DNA of 63,390 nucleotides, counting the filler, from Bigelowiella natans CCMP2755 (lineage: Eukaryota; Protista; Cercozoa): assembly GCA_000320545.1 (NCBI GenBank). It is 7 parts of 7 records of this genome, joined end to end, with 100 filler letters (N's around TTAATTAATTAA, not from the genome) between each part and the next. Parts side by side here need not be neighbours in the genome. Positions count along the whole stretch, not along the records: positions 1 to 31,934 come from ADNK01000565.1; positions 32,035 to 37,595 come from ADNK01003434.1; positions 37,696 to 45,786 come from ADNK01002684.1; 4 more parts are not named here. The stretch is one strand, 5' to 3'. The notes beneath the pieces were generated by a model. It was not told where the DNA came from and made no database searches. It saw nothing but the letters and a program-made list of their open reading frames with translations. The position numbers were made by a program, and so were the translations under genes. Shown piece after piece: positions 25,768 to 38,914 of this stretch (position 1 is the stretch's first letter; each line of letters opens with the position of its first letter).

Positions 25768-27450
25768 TTATTCGAATGTGTATTCATCGATCGAGTCGAA
25801 AGCCTCCTTGAATGCCTTCTGCTCTGGGGCCTCCAACCATGTCTTTAACGATAACTCCTCATTGTCGAGATTGCCTGAAAGGGATCGATTCTCAATTCAT
25901 TGTTCGTTCGTGATTTTGTGTTCATGGGTCCACATCAGTATTCCTTATTGTTTCTGCCTCACCTTCTCCCTTCATGTAGACGAACGCAAGAATAAATCCT
26001 GCATATGTTTTGAGCGACTTTCGCGCAGCTGTGAGTCCCTTTGCAGCCTGAAGGAGGTAAATGTTATTGTGGTTGGTATCTCCAAGGTTTCAGACAAGAA
26101 AACTATTTTGGAATTGAGGAAACCCGGCACTTCCACCTCGATTACCATTCTATCTATCATATGTGGATTTGCGGCAGTCATCATCATCATCATCATCATC
26201 ATCATTATCTTTGGATGTCTCGTATCAACACTTGTAAAACGGTTGCTCCTACTAGAATGAATAACCTGTTCTGATGCCCCTTTGGTGGCGAGATAATGGT
26301 CCTTGTATTCCAGAGTTTTATTCACGATATCTGCCTGACTGGATCGTTTGATCTAGAAGAAACCGTAAGGAGCCATTGGGGAGAGCAAAGAGGAAGGAGC
26401 AATGTAAGTCGGATTGATTCGATTCACATAAGTTCGTCTAAATAACACATGCTTCCATCCCCTCAACCGGCAACTACACACACACACACACACACATTCA
26501 CATTTACATTTGTTCGCCCACGCGCGAGTACACAGATGCAAAAGAATAACACACGATGCCAAGTGTTCTAAGTTAGTGGAAGTCACAAGATACCATTGCA
26601 TCCACATCATCCTTATATGCTTGGCCCTTTTTATCGGCGATAGCCTCCACAATTGCAACGATGGCAGGAAACTCTCCTTTTGTGATGTCAGCAGGTTTCT
26701 TCGCTTCCTCCTCTTCCTTTTTCTTTTGTTCCTCCTCTGCCTTCTGTTTAGCCTCCTCATCGCCCTCCTCTTCCTTCTTTTCCTCCTCGCCGCCTGATGT
26801 GCATCACAGAGTGTTAAGTATTTTTTCTTCAAAATTTTGCTTCTTTTTATAACAATCCGGTATCCCACCCTTCCCATCAGGTTCTTCCTCAATCACCATT
26901 TCCCTTTCCGAGAATTCAGCATGGCAAAATCAATACCTTCCGCTGCCGCTTCATCACCCTCAGCCGGTGCAGGAGGGTTTTTGACGAGGTGGAAGAGGCC
27001 TGCCATTACCATGGCAAGGGGCACGCTTCCCTGTGTATGATGGGTGGTGGATGTGATATGAAGAAGAGTCAGTCAACCAGCGGGAACTACATCGTAGGAG
27101 CATTGCTATATCTATGGTGTACCTGGCCGTCTCGGTTCAAGAACGCCAGCGCTTCTGTCGCGAAGTCTCGCGCCTTGAGGACCTAAGCATTGTTGCAATT
27201 ATTAGGCATCATCTCGTGTGCGATGGAAACAAGATGCACACAGGCTACGAAACGTATAGCAGCATTCATTTCTAGTCTCTAAGAGCAAGCAAGCCACCTT
27301 TATGATCGCGTCCAGGTGCTCAGGGGCAAAGACAGCGGCGTGTGGTAATGGCAAGTGTGCGAATTCTACGGGCATCATAGCTTCATCCTGTCGTGAAAAA
27401 ATGAAATAATGATGATGATAAAATTATGTGTGTGTGTGTGTGTGTGTGTG

Positions 27451-27496
<46 letters not shown>

Positions 27497-28905
27497 CCCT
27501 CAATGAAGCAGTAAAGAACCTCTGTTTCTGCGAATTGTGCGAGGGCACTCTTAATTTCAGCAGGCCCAGGCGTGCCCTCCTCAGGCGCAGCTCTAGGCGT
27601 CATCAAGCTCATTAACCCAGCATCTTTTCCTTCCAATTTCATCTCCTATTGATCAGTTTCGGATGTGTCACAAAGAAGCATTCTTATACAGTTCAAGTTG
27701 ACTGCTCCTCCTCATTTCCGATCGTATTAAAATTTCATTGCTTTTTCCACTTCCCGTCATTTGCGCTATTTAATACCTTTTTCTCGCCGTTGGCAGCTAC
27801 GTACACGACCGCCCCAGAGCTAGCACTAGCAACTTTCTCAACCCAGGAAGTTGACAACTGCGAAAACACGCTGCCTTTCTCCTCATCCTAACAAGCAGTA
27901 GTAATTTATGGTTTGCAGTATTGGTGGTGGCTTCGCTTGGCCATTATTCCCCCAAACCTATGGCGACGATATTTTTTTCTAGTGGCTTAGGGGGGATGAT
28001 CAAATTCGTCCGTGTTTCAGACATACTCTCCCAGCCCACTCTCCCCAGGATATGATGATGATGAACTGCAAAAAGCCGTAAGACGCGCCATATTGCAGTA
28101 TTTTGGCTGCACTGTACGGAGGTTTGTTGTAGAAATACTTTAAAATGAAAAAAGTTTCGCACCTCGCCCTCAGCTGCTGCGGGCTCCGCACATGTCATGT
28201 TAATCTCTGCCATGGGGGAGGCGCGCATCGCTGGTGAAAACGAAAGGGATTTGCCTTCCTCCTGAGCGGATATCATAATAAAAAAATGAGTCACGGCGGC
28301 AACCTTTGGAAGCACCAGGCATGGGCATGTGTATTACTGCCATTTCCATCGGGGAGATCTATCTATCAGCCCCCCTCCAAATTACCGTTTTGAGGTAGCA
28401 AACTGGGTCTGCACGTGTGACGATCACGAATAGCTTGGCAGTTTCCTCACTTTTTGCCTTTTTAATCACTTCTGGAATTGCCTCAAATGTCGGCGTGCCC
28501 ATTCCGTAAACCTTATTGTCAGGAAAGTGTTGGTATGTATGGTCTGGCATGTGGGGAGCAGGATGGATCCACATATATCACATAGCCCTAATTCATGCGT
28601 TCTATGCAGGCTTCTTCCAAAGTGGCGTGCTTCGCCATCCTACCTTGGGGGGGGCACCCTCGAGTTCCGTGAACCCTGGTACACCTGTGAGTAGTAAGTA
28701 GCAGCGGGAATGGTGGGTTAGGTAAACTTCCTTAAAAAAAAATCTTTTTGCAATCGGCTTTGGTGACGTGCCTGGAATGGCTTCCTCTCCCGACAGCTGC
28801 TGATCAACCCGTGGATATGCCCGTCGAATAGTACGCTCCAAACGCTCCCTGATCTTTGGCAGCTGCCTTTTCACAAGTCTGACGGGACCTGGGTACACAC
28901 ACACA

Positions 28906-28941
<36 letters not shown>

Positions 28942-29766
28942 GGGGGGGGGGGGGGGGGCGGCGGGAGAATAGAAGAATCACATGATAAGTGTTACAGCGG
29001 GAATACACAAAATGAAACGGCAATTTTCTCCTAGTACTCGTAAGGATCGAAACATGGAAAACTTAATGAGACATATCTGCTACTACAACAGCTACGAAAT
29101 TACGATACATCGAAAAGCAATTAATTTCCAACTACCCAGGCGGCTTCTGCAGAAGGAACCATATTGCCTTCGTCGTCTGCCACCATCGCTTGCTTCAGAT
29201 CACCACGCAGCGAAGTGCCCTAATTTGCACAACGAATATGCAAACACAACATTGAGGAAGAGAAACAAAGGTAAGGGGAGGGGTGCAGTGGGAGAACGAA
29301 GGAACGTCTTTAGTGTAGCAGCATAAATCAAAAGGCGTTGAAACTGCATCACTACACAATCCTCTTCTTCATATCATATATGTTGTATTCAAAGGCACCG
29401 TTGCTGTCGTGAAAACGCCATTGCCGTTGGGAGCACCTCCGGAAAATGCGCCCACGTATTTGCCGCCATCAGGAGACGTCCATGTCACGTTTTTCAGCTC
29501 ACCATCCTCCCAAACACCTGGATAATAATGATATCCATAGGTAACGGTGAAGATTTCGTGTACTGCTTGGAGCGAATTTCGTTAAAATTGAGAGTCATGA
29601 ATGCGTCACATTATCATTATTGTTAGATTTCCAGAAAAGAACTGGCTGCTGGCGGTGAAGGATGTATCGTAACTTTCTCACGACGCAAATCACAAAGTCC
29701 TCACAGGATTACCTGCCATGCAGCTCGACGAGCGTGCTCGAGTAAGCGCCCAATCTACATCCTGTT

Positions 29767-29798
<32 letters not shown>

Positions 29799-31131
29799 AT
29801 GCCGGTGGTGGTGGTAGTAGTTAATGGCGAAAACGAATAACATAGCGTGAGAGAGCAATGTGTAGATTCTCCCACCCACCCCCTTTTTGTTTCCTCCAAA
29901 CACACAAATACATGCAAGCACTATATAGCATGTAGGCATAGATGGGTAGAGAGAAATATGATGACCACCTTCGTATCCACAGCAGAATAGAGCTGCACAG
30001 AGCAGGACGCAGCAACATTGTCGAAACCAGACGACTTCTTCTCATCCGCGGCCACAACCAACATCGCGTCGCCACACACGCCGGCTTTGGTTAGCTGGTA
30101 GCATAGTATTTTCCATCAGGGCATGGGCAATTGAAGAAGTAACACCACACGTGCACCAATTAATGAAGAATGGAAGGGAAAGTTGGAGGGGAGAGAGAGA
30201 GGATAACCACCTGTTCTGCTTCTCCTTGGGACGCAGGAAACGCGGGTAATATCCACCCGCTTTCGCACGCCTAAAGTACATTAGTTGAGACCGTCATATA
30301 CTAATCACCAACGATACGCTTATACAAAGAGCGACACACTCCCCCTCCTCCCTTCTTCCGCGCGACCTTCGTAGTTGCTGTTTTGACAAGAGTAACAAGA
30401 ATGGCAGTCGGCACAGGTTTCTTCGCCTGGAGGTATCCTCTAATCTCTTTTCCTAGCTTTGATCCTGCCTTAGCTTCTGCCTGAGCCTAATCGTTGGTGT
30501 TCAGATTTTTAGAAGGCAGCGCGGGAGTATTGCTTTCTAAGATACAAAAGAATGGATGCTGGCGATGTTAACGACGGGAGTGGAGATACATTGTGTCATA
30601 CTTAACCTCCTCCTTGGCAACAAAACACCTTCGTCATAATTGTCGCATCACAACCCTCGCTCCCCCCCCCGAACCCAACTAGTTTTTTCGAGCTGCGTTT
30701 GTGGTGTTGAGGTGCTTTAGTTATAGGTTAGAATGACGGGACCAGATCTTCCGTTGTGATGAGCTTTGCACCATAAGTCTTGGAGATCTGCTCAGCCACT
30801 TCCGGAGAACCTAAATTCCACACAAGTGTACGCATTCTAAACAAGGTAGTTCGTGTAGAAGATGCACACACGTACATACATAAAGCAGCCAGCCGCTTGA
30901 CCACACAGAATGGATGTGTTGCTATAATAGGTTGCATCGCACTTTCCCCCTCTACACATACACTCCAAACATATCATGCAAAACACACTCTGTTGAGGAA
31001 ACCTTGAAGAAATAGGCGAATTGGCGGAGTGGGGGTGGTAGGCTTGCATGCATAGACACCAGGACCATGTCTCTTGCCGTCTTTCCATTCCCCCTGAGGA
31101 AAGAAACCACACACCCCGAACAACAGATAAA

Positions 31132-31169
<38 letters not shown>

Positions 31170-31344
31170 TCACACATGTATATATCATTTTTATAAATTT
31201 CGTGGAAAACGAAAGATGTTGTGCACGTATGTTCAGCCGTGATTCTCGGATGCTGACCTTGTAGACATCTCCTGATGCGTAGAAATATGTTCCTTGGCCA
31301 TGACGCTGGTCGTTCGCCTTTAGGTGAGTTCACATGTATTGTAT

Positions 31345-31386
<42 letters not shown>

Positions 31387-31703
31387 GTGTGCGTGAAAAA
31401 ATGGCAGCAGCTTGATTTAGAGGTATCATCATCAACTAAGGAAAAAATACCCATTCTCCAACATATTTGCTTCCGTCGGGGTATAAAAATACGCCATTCC
31501 CTTCCTTCATATCGTCCTTATAATCACCCTCATAAGACGCGTCGGCAGCCCATCCCTCCTGAGTGGGGTTCAGAGGTGTAAACATATGTATTTATGACGA
31601 GTGCTGATATACACGTGTACAAATAATCAAATTGTTATGATGGCACCTGCTTCTTGAAAACGTAGCGACCCTTCCCATTTCTTTTCAGATCTGTGTACGT
31701 TCC
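25768..31703 (-). CDS. Multidomain protein: MORN repeats + degenerate adenylate-kinase-like domain + MORN repeats + paladin-like PTP (pseudo)phosphatase; 5' end cut by the contig gap
   Basis: MORN: [79 protein letters not shown]-like: [66 protein letters not shown]. Paladin-like: [15 protein letters not shown]...[91 protein letters not shown]. Confidence 0.7.
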
Positions 31704-31809
31704 TAGGGGGGGGTAGGAAATAAGTGGGGAAACCCCTCGAAGCGACGGATACACGGAATCTTCAACGAAACACCACACACACACACACACACATAATATA
31801 TTCAATAAA

Positions 31810-31863
<54 letters not shown>

Positions 31864-31934
31864 AATATGTAATAAATTGTATATGTGTGTGTGTGAGACT
31901 GTCAAAAGGGTCTCCAGTTGGGAGTCCGCGGAAG

Positions 31935-32034
31935 NNNNNNNNNNNNNNNNNNNNNNNNNNNNNNNNNNNNNNNNNNNNTTAATTAATTAANNNNNNNNNN
32001 NNNNNNNNNNNNNNNNNNNNNNNNNNNNNNNNNN
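31935..32034. other. Artificial contig spacer
   Basis: N-run + TTAATTAATTAA (six-frame stop) + N-run. Identical spacers occur at 37596-37695, 45787-45886, 51570-51669, 55693-55792 and 59497-59596. Confidence 0.97.
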
Positions 32035-32084
<50 letters not shown>

Positions 32085-32177
32085 GGGGGGGGGGGGGGTG
32101 ATGAGAACATGATTTAAGGATGCTTCCATGATGAAATAAATGCATGAAATATGAATATAAAACGAGGCGAAGAGACA

Positions 32178-32214
<37 letters not shown>

Positions 32215-32302
32215 CGATGCTAAACATAGTACCTCTCTACTATATACTGTCTGAACCGCATCCCCCTTGCTGACGTGCCGCATTCCTGGTTATGGAGAAA
32301 AT

Positions 32303-32343
<41 letters not shown>

Positions 32344-32475
32344 GGATGGAGGGGTAGGAGAGCGTGTAAGGGAAATCGCGTATCAGGAACGAAGCCCATC
32401 CAACCAAAATCATCATCTCGTCATGCATCATCACAGCAGTCTCTTGTCCACATTCTTCACGGCTCCCATCTTCCT

Positions 32476-32549
32476 ACCTCTGGGAAAAGCTTCAGCAAGA
32501 TAACGAACTCCTCGAGATTGTCCAGCTTTCTGTCTCGATTCGTGTCAGC
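32476..32549 (-). CDS. EF-hand-like exon of a truncated gene
   Basis: AG acceptor, then ADTNRDRKLDNLEEFVILLKLFPE, then a GT donor. The peptide has a D-x-N-x-D...EEF EF-hand-like loop. Confidence 0.45.
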
Positions 32550-32649
32550 CTGATGGCACAGTCATCCGGGAGAAGACGAGAAGAACACGGTTTCATATGA
32601 GCGACGTGGAAGAGGAGTGAAAAAGAGTAGGGGAGGAAAAAAACAAGGA

Positions 32650-32782
32650 ATATATGCGAGTATTTGAATCCAATCGAGTGCACGAACAACTCTCAATCGG
32701 CAGAAATATACTCAATGCTAATCTTCGCGCTTTTAGAGTCCTCAGCACAGCACAGTGCTGGCCAAGGGGCTGAAAGGCGTTC
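32650..32782 (-). ncRNA. Box H/ACA snoRNA, copy 1
   Basis: The minus strand folds as hairpin 1 (CCUUGGC/GCUGAGG, CAGCA/UGCUG), H box AGAUUA (plus-strand 32719-32724), hairpin 2 (GAGUA/UACUC, CCGAUUGAG/CUCGAUUGG with G.U pairs), then an AUA box (ACA variant). Pocket-to-box distances are 15 and 14 nt. Both pockets are complementary to conserved rRNA segments. Confidence 0.85.
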
Positions 32783-32825
32783 TTTTAGTGTTTTGCGTGC
32801 GGTTTTGGCGTTAAATACGAAAGGA

Positions 32826-32958
32826 ATATATGCGAGTATTTGAATCCAATCGAGTGCACGAACAACTCTCAATCGGCAGAAATATACTCAATGCTAATCT
32901 TCGCGCTTTTAGAGTCCTCAGCACAGCACAGTGCTGGCCAAGGGGCTGAAAGGCGTTC
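32826..32958 (-). ncRNA. Box H/ACA snoRNA, copy 2 (identical)
   Basis: Second unit of the tandem duplication, with the same structure and boxes as copy 1. Confidence 0.8.
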
Positions 32959-32986
32959 TTTTAGTGTTTTGCGTGCGGTTTTGGCG

Positions 32987-33235
32987 TTAAATGCCACGTC
33001 CACGTGAGGCCAAAGTTGGTGAGAGATGACACACATACGCCGCTAGCAAATAAGGGATATGGTGTGTGGAGGGAGAGCCGGGGAAGAGAAGAGAAGAAAA
33101 ATTGCTCTTTCTGCAAAGCACTTGAGGCGTGTAGTGACTCGAAACGAGGGCATGCATGTGCGGCGGTTTCATTGACTTATATAAGTACCTGTTTGATGAG
33201 GTGCCATATCGCCTCCAAGTGGACCCTCCTGTGGA

Positions 33236-33278
<43 letters not shown>

Positions 33279-33432
33279 CACGCACGGACACGCACATACA
33301 GCAAAGCAACAGGAACATTTGAAGAACGAACGTGCTCGAGGCTCAAAAGTGCATCTAGATACTGGGAGGTCCTTACAGGCACTCACACAGACAGACATGC
33401 ATGCACACAAGCGTTGTTGTAAATATGTGTGC

Positions 33433-33473
<41 letters not shown>

Positions 33474-33613
33474 CGCTGATTCGTGCATTACCATGCTTGC
33501 GTAAGGTCGCTGTGTAAAAATCGGCTCATCCCTGAGCTAACGTGAGATCTGAACGACAAGCCAAAAAGACGATAGTAAACAAATTACCCTTAACGTGTTT
33601 CTGTATGCGTGAT

Positions 33614-33667
<54 letters not shown>

Positions 33668-33673
33668 ACGCAC

Positions 33674-33713
<40 letters not shown>

Positions 33714-34287
33714 AACATCGAAACGCAACAAATGCGTCCATTGCGGCAAGCATAGCATGTGCGTGCGGAGGGTTGCGCGACAGAAACGCTATTGTTATTG
33801 TTGTTCTTCTTCTTCTTGTTGTTGTTTGGCTCTCTACCCGAATAGGAGGAGCAGGTCATCTAGAAGCGCGAGAAGATAGAAATTCGCCTCTTCCGACGTG
33901 AAGTTCCACGGTTGGCTCGGCCTGCAAACCAACGTACGTAGGCAGCATCAGTGCATGCACATGAAGCGTCCACATCCACGATTTTCATCTCCTCCCGCCC
34001 CTCCTTGCCCCAGCTTCGGTCTCCGCAAGCATATCGCATCAAGAGCTCTAGGTCTAGGTGTTCCCGCCCCCCCCCCCCCTCCATGATGCGTACGCAGAGT
34101 ACCGTAGTTGGAGCGTTCTCTTATCAAGGCGTTGGCTCGGCCGAGGCTTGAAGTCGCAGTGGCGCGGTGGCAGCACACCCTTCTCACCGAGGTACACAAC
34201 AACCTCCCCCGCGCTGTCCGCGGATATCTTGATGACGATGCAGTTGGCCTCCTGAGCAATCCACGCGGCGGCCTTTGGGGGAGAAGT

Positions 34288-34324
<37 letters not shown>

Positions 34325-34378
34325 TACGCACATACGCGCGCACGTAATAGAAGTATAATTTGTAATGGTTACAAAAAT

Positions 34379-34418
<40 letters not shown>

Positions 34419-34578
34419 AGAGGGGAGAGGGGGGGGGTGAGTAAAAATTCAGTCGTTTACCCGGGTCCGTGCTCCGCCATCGTGTACTGCATCACTCACC
34501 TATTATACGCGTTGTGATAATGGTGAATTCGGGTGAGACGGGGGTAGGAGGGCGCATATCTGGGAAATGCCACCTCTA

Positions 34579-34644
<66 letters not shown>

Positions 34645-34925
34645 GCACACACACACGCGCACAGATTAGACACGAACCCTGTTACTGAAGAATTCGTGAG
34701 CATAGGGAGCCCCTGTCTTTCCGTTTATGATTATCATCCCGTCGAGATTCATCTTACGCCTATATTGTGTTGTAATTCGGATCGTCATCAATTATCTTCG
34801 ATCATCGCTATCAGTGCTGCTAGTGGTGGTGGTGGTGGTGGGGCCGCACACAGGGCAAATGCCCGTGCTGAAAAACATGAAGTCATTTCCCCGATTCCGC
34901 TTAGCTGGGAGATATAACTTCAGAA

Positions 34926-34966
<41 letters not shown>

Positions 34967-35422
34967 GAGTGCATGTACCATACAGCAAATGTACCGTATT
35001 CTTTCTCGGCCATGCCTCTCAGAAACTACCAGCTTATGGTTGAGGCTGCAGGTGATGGGGGGGGGGGGGAGGGGAGGGTACGACAAAACCGATGAGGGGG
35101 AAAGCAGGGAGGACAATATGCTGGTTTGTATTGTTGTCGTAGCACACATTCTCGCATAGATATTAAGGTTATGGACGCCTCACCGTTTATCGAATGCGTT
35201 GTCCACGGGAATGGTACCCAATGCAGTTATTTCCTCTGGTTCCCCTGTGTGAGCGTGGAGAAATGGCTTGAGTATGAAACGGCAGCAGGAGTTGTTGTGA
35301 CAGTCGTCGTCGTAGTCGTCGTTGGGGTGTATCTTTATCTCTCGTCATAAAATCTTAGATTCGCACTTGTGTTTGTGTTTATGTGCGTAATCATATGAGG
35401 ACTGTCAAAAGCGGCACACACA

Positions 35423-35474
<52 letters not shown>

Positions 35475-36000
35475 TCATTACCAAGAACGAGCACCGTGCC
35501 CCTCCTTTCATTCTCGATTCCGACTTGCGCATAGTTGAGCGCCAGATCTGCGCACTCCCTGTAGATCTTCAGCGACACCGTCCTTGGAAGCTCGCTCGCG
35601 TACGGCAGAGTGAACACACTCTTCTCGTCTTTCGAGTCGAGCGTTAGGACCTGTGTATGTTTGGGGGGGGGAGGGGGGGCGGTGAGGCAGGTTCGTGGAG
35701 GCTCGTCGCCACAAGACGTTGAAATCGCAACTTCGTTCAATCACTGCAGCTAGTACCATTGCTCAAAAACAGCAGAGAAAACACAGCGACAAGCTACGAG
35801 CTACCGAATCGATGGAGGGAGCGATCCTTGGGCTGATGGCGCTCCTTGCCAAAGGATGCACGTTGCGCAAAGCCAGGGATCCTGACCGCATTCAGCATAT
35901 ATATATATATGGGTAGTAAGTGCTTGTGGGTGCGAAGGAGGAGGGGGGCTACAAAAGACAGAAAAGAGAAAAGAGAGCTTGAGAAAGAGAGAGAGAGCTT

Positions 36001-36038
<38 letters not shown>

Positions 36039-36065
36039 AAGAGGATTAGTGCCTCTCCATAGCCC

Positions 36066-36106
<41 letters not shown>

Positions 36107-36214
36107 AATATTGATTGGCCAACCGTTCTCATTGACTCCGTCTGCCCTGTAGAAGTCCATCTTATCTTTGACGTTTTGCTTCAACTGCGAGGAGAAATTT
36201 ACCTGAGAGGGGGG

Positions 36215-36246
<32 letters not shown>

Positions 36247-36779
36247 TAGCAAGAAAATCACAACAGCAGCAATAAGCAACACGCCTGAGAAGACGGGGCA
36301 TGAGAAAGCTAGCAGTCTCCTCCAATCTCTACTCATGAAAGCAATCATTTTAATACATTAGCAGATCTTCCTCTTCTCCCCATTCTTCCCCCCCCCCCCT
36401 CCCCCTTTTCCCCTTCTGCCTTCTCTTGGAATCAAAACCAACCAGCAGCGCGTTGTCATCGTCACAGGTGCTGGAGTCGTATTGCTTCCCTGTTTTGAGT
36501 ACAATAAATCAGGAATCTCCACCATCATCGATATCGTCACTATCTGCAGCAGCACCAGCCGAAGCAGCAGCAGCAGTTGATAACACTAATATTAAAATAC
36601 CCTCAGAGTGAAAGCTGTTCCGTTTGAGCTGCTTTACCACCTCCTTGCAGACCCATGCGTTGTACTGGGAGACCTGTAAACGGGAAAGAGGGGGGGGGGG
36701 GGGGGGGAGGAGGAGTTGGAAGAGAGAATGAATTCATAACCAGCCCACACAAACACACACGCACAGACAATCTTATTCT

Positions 36780-36817
<38 letters not shown>

Positions 36818-37221
36818 AAACATGCCGTATCATCTTCTTCGCACACATGTAGGAAATCGTGCCCACCTCCATGAAACACTGCAACTGCCGATAGCGCTTC
36901 TTAAGTATCTTCTCCTCCTTCTCTAGTTTTTCCAGGCCGGATGCCATATACTTTGAAATGGGGAGGGGTGGGGGGGGGGGAGGAGGATGAGACACCAAAA
37001 GATACTGGAGGGAACATTGTCGTTTGAAAAGGAAATGGCGACATTTGCGTGTGATGATACCTCCGTGTAGAGCCGAGTAGAGCAAAGGTTATAAAAATTC
37101 ATATACCTGCAAAAGCGACCCAAAAAAAAAGAGGCATTTGTGTGAAAGATTGAAGTCAGTACGGCGCACACTAGCACACTAACATGTATTTATAATTCCG
37201 TTTACATTTCTGCGTTATAAA

Positions 37222-37257
<36 letters not shown>

Positions 37258-37431
37258 CTCTCTCCTTCTCTCTCTCTTTCTTTCTCGTAGATTCTTCTCG
37301 CAAACGACACTTCTCATGGCAGTATTGATGATTACATGTTTGAGTTCAGAAAGCAGTGCGAGAACTGATCCCAATCCATGCAATTGTCAATGAAGTCAAA
37401 TAGCGCATACCCACGGTATCTGGCGTACGTT

Positions 37432-37471
<40 letters not shown>

Positions 37472-37479
37472 TTAATATA

Positions 37480-37518
<39 letters not shown>

Positions 37519-37595
37519 ATCTCACTACCTGGCGGCGACTTTGGCATTGAATACATGCTTTTGCAAAGAAACAAGCAGAGCCTCATTTGCTGCAG
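32987..37595 (-). CDS. Multi-exon hypothetical protein, 5' truncated by the gap
   Basis: Exon-like peptides bounded by AG/GT: KYMASGLEKLEKEEKILKKRYRQLQCFME, VNFSSQLKQNVKDKMDFYRADG, VLTLDSKDEKSVFTLPYASELPRTVSLKIYRECADLALNYAQ, NFTSEEANFYLLALLDDLLLLF, RVHLEAIWHLIKQ. No family recognised. Confidence 0.45.
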
Positions 37596-37695
37596 NNNNN
37601 NNNNNNNNNNNNNNNNNNNNNNNNNNNNNNNNNNNNNNNTTAATTAATTAANNNNNNNNNNNNNNNNNNNNNNNNNNNNNNNNNNNNNNNNNNNN

Positions 37696-37785
37696 TCGAT
37701 CCTATAAGCCTCCAAAAGAAGAAGGAGAAGAAGACGTAATGCTTTTCACAATGAAACTGCAAGATTATGAAGAACAGCTACGGAG

Positions 37786-37823
<38 letters not shown>

Positions 37824-37828
37824 CTATA

Positions 37829-37873
<45 letters not shown>

Positions 37874-38424
37874 TAATTGTGTGTGTATGTGTGAGTGTAT
37901 TTACTGCGGAAAATATTTGACAACGTACAACATCGGTAGGACGATGATGACAGCGACATGACAGAGGATGATGGTAATATACGATTATAGGAACAGGGGC
38001 GGGGAGAGTATACTCTTGTGCTCTCTCCAACTCTCGCTCTCTCTCCTTCTCTATGTGTCTTATTCTTAACACCCACTAACACGCATAAACAGAGAACTTT
38101 CAGCGAAGTAGGAAGAAGAGGAGAAAGAGGGTTACTAGACACAAGAACACCAACTGTTCCAACGAAAAGCGGCATAACAAGGATAACAATGGCAGCAAGT
38201 ATGTCATCAAGAATGCAAAAATCCAAAAGCCATCGTTGCCCATCTCCCGTCGTCCTTCGTGCAAACAAGAGACAACTGCCACAAAAGTCGCTAACAGAAG
38301 TAGTAGAGCTAGCTACCATTCATCGTTCATTCCCCCAACGCCGAGACCTAGATATGTCTCTTCCAAAGCGTCATTCCTTCCTCCTACACCTTCGCCGACG
38401 CAAGAAGAAACACAACAAAGTTGA
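37696..38424 (+). CDS. 3' end of a hypothetical gene
   Basis: A long open frame from ~38095 ends ...SSFIPPTPRPRYVSSKASFLPPTPSPTQEETQQS* at 38424, preceded by short exon-like segments. Confidence 0.4.
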
Positions 38425-38914
38425 GCAGATCCACCATGCTAGCATGCTGCATGAGGATGTGCCAACACCTAGCTCTAGACGCTTGCATTCCGCTTCGTTT
38501 GCATGATGTTTGATCATCCACCTTTCCACCATGCGCGCAGCTCATGCCCAACATCTAAGCATCCAAGCTCGTAGCTAGCTAGATGGCAATGCGCATGCTG
38601 CATGTCGCAAATCTAGAAATGAAAAGCAATCAAATGTGTTCAAATTTGAAATTCATTAAATTGTTGATGCCACTCTTCGTAACGTCCATCTTAGATCTAG
38701 CTACTCTAGTACTAGCTAGAGCTAAGGTAGGCTAGTAGGGCTGCTAGGCTGGCTAGCTGGGCGCAGGACATCTTTTCAGAAAATCCACAGAGCTCTGGTC
38801 CCTCGCTGCCAGCGCTGGTCGCATTTCTAAATTTGTTTCATGCCAATGACCTTTTTCATTTTGATGTGATTGGCAATCATGCTAGCATGTCGCGAGGAGG
38901 AAAACTAAGCGAAA

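Larger units (their letters stand above)
32645..32992. repeat. Direct tandem duplication: two 172-bp units with a 176-bp period
   Basis: 32645-32816 and 32821-32992 read identically (aaggaatatatgcgag...ggcgttaaat). Confidence 0.95.

Noticed and set aside
32645-32992. CRISPR array or LTR pair
   Set aside because: Only two adjacent long identical units with no spacers, no TG...CA ends and no internal domain. The structure fits an H/ACA snoRNA.
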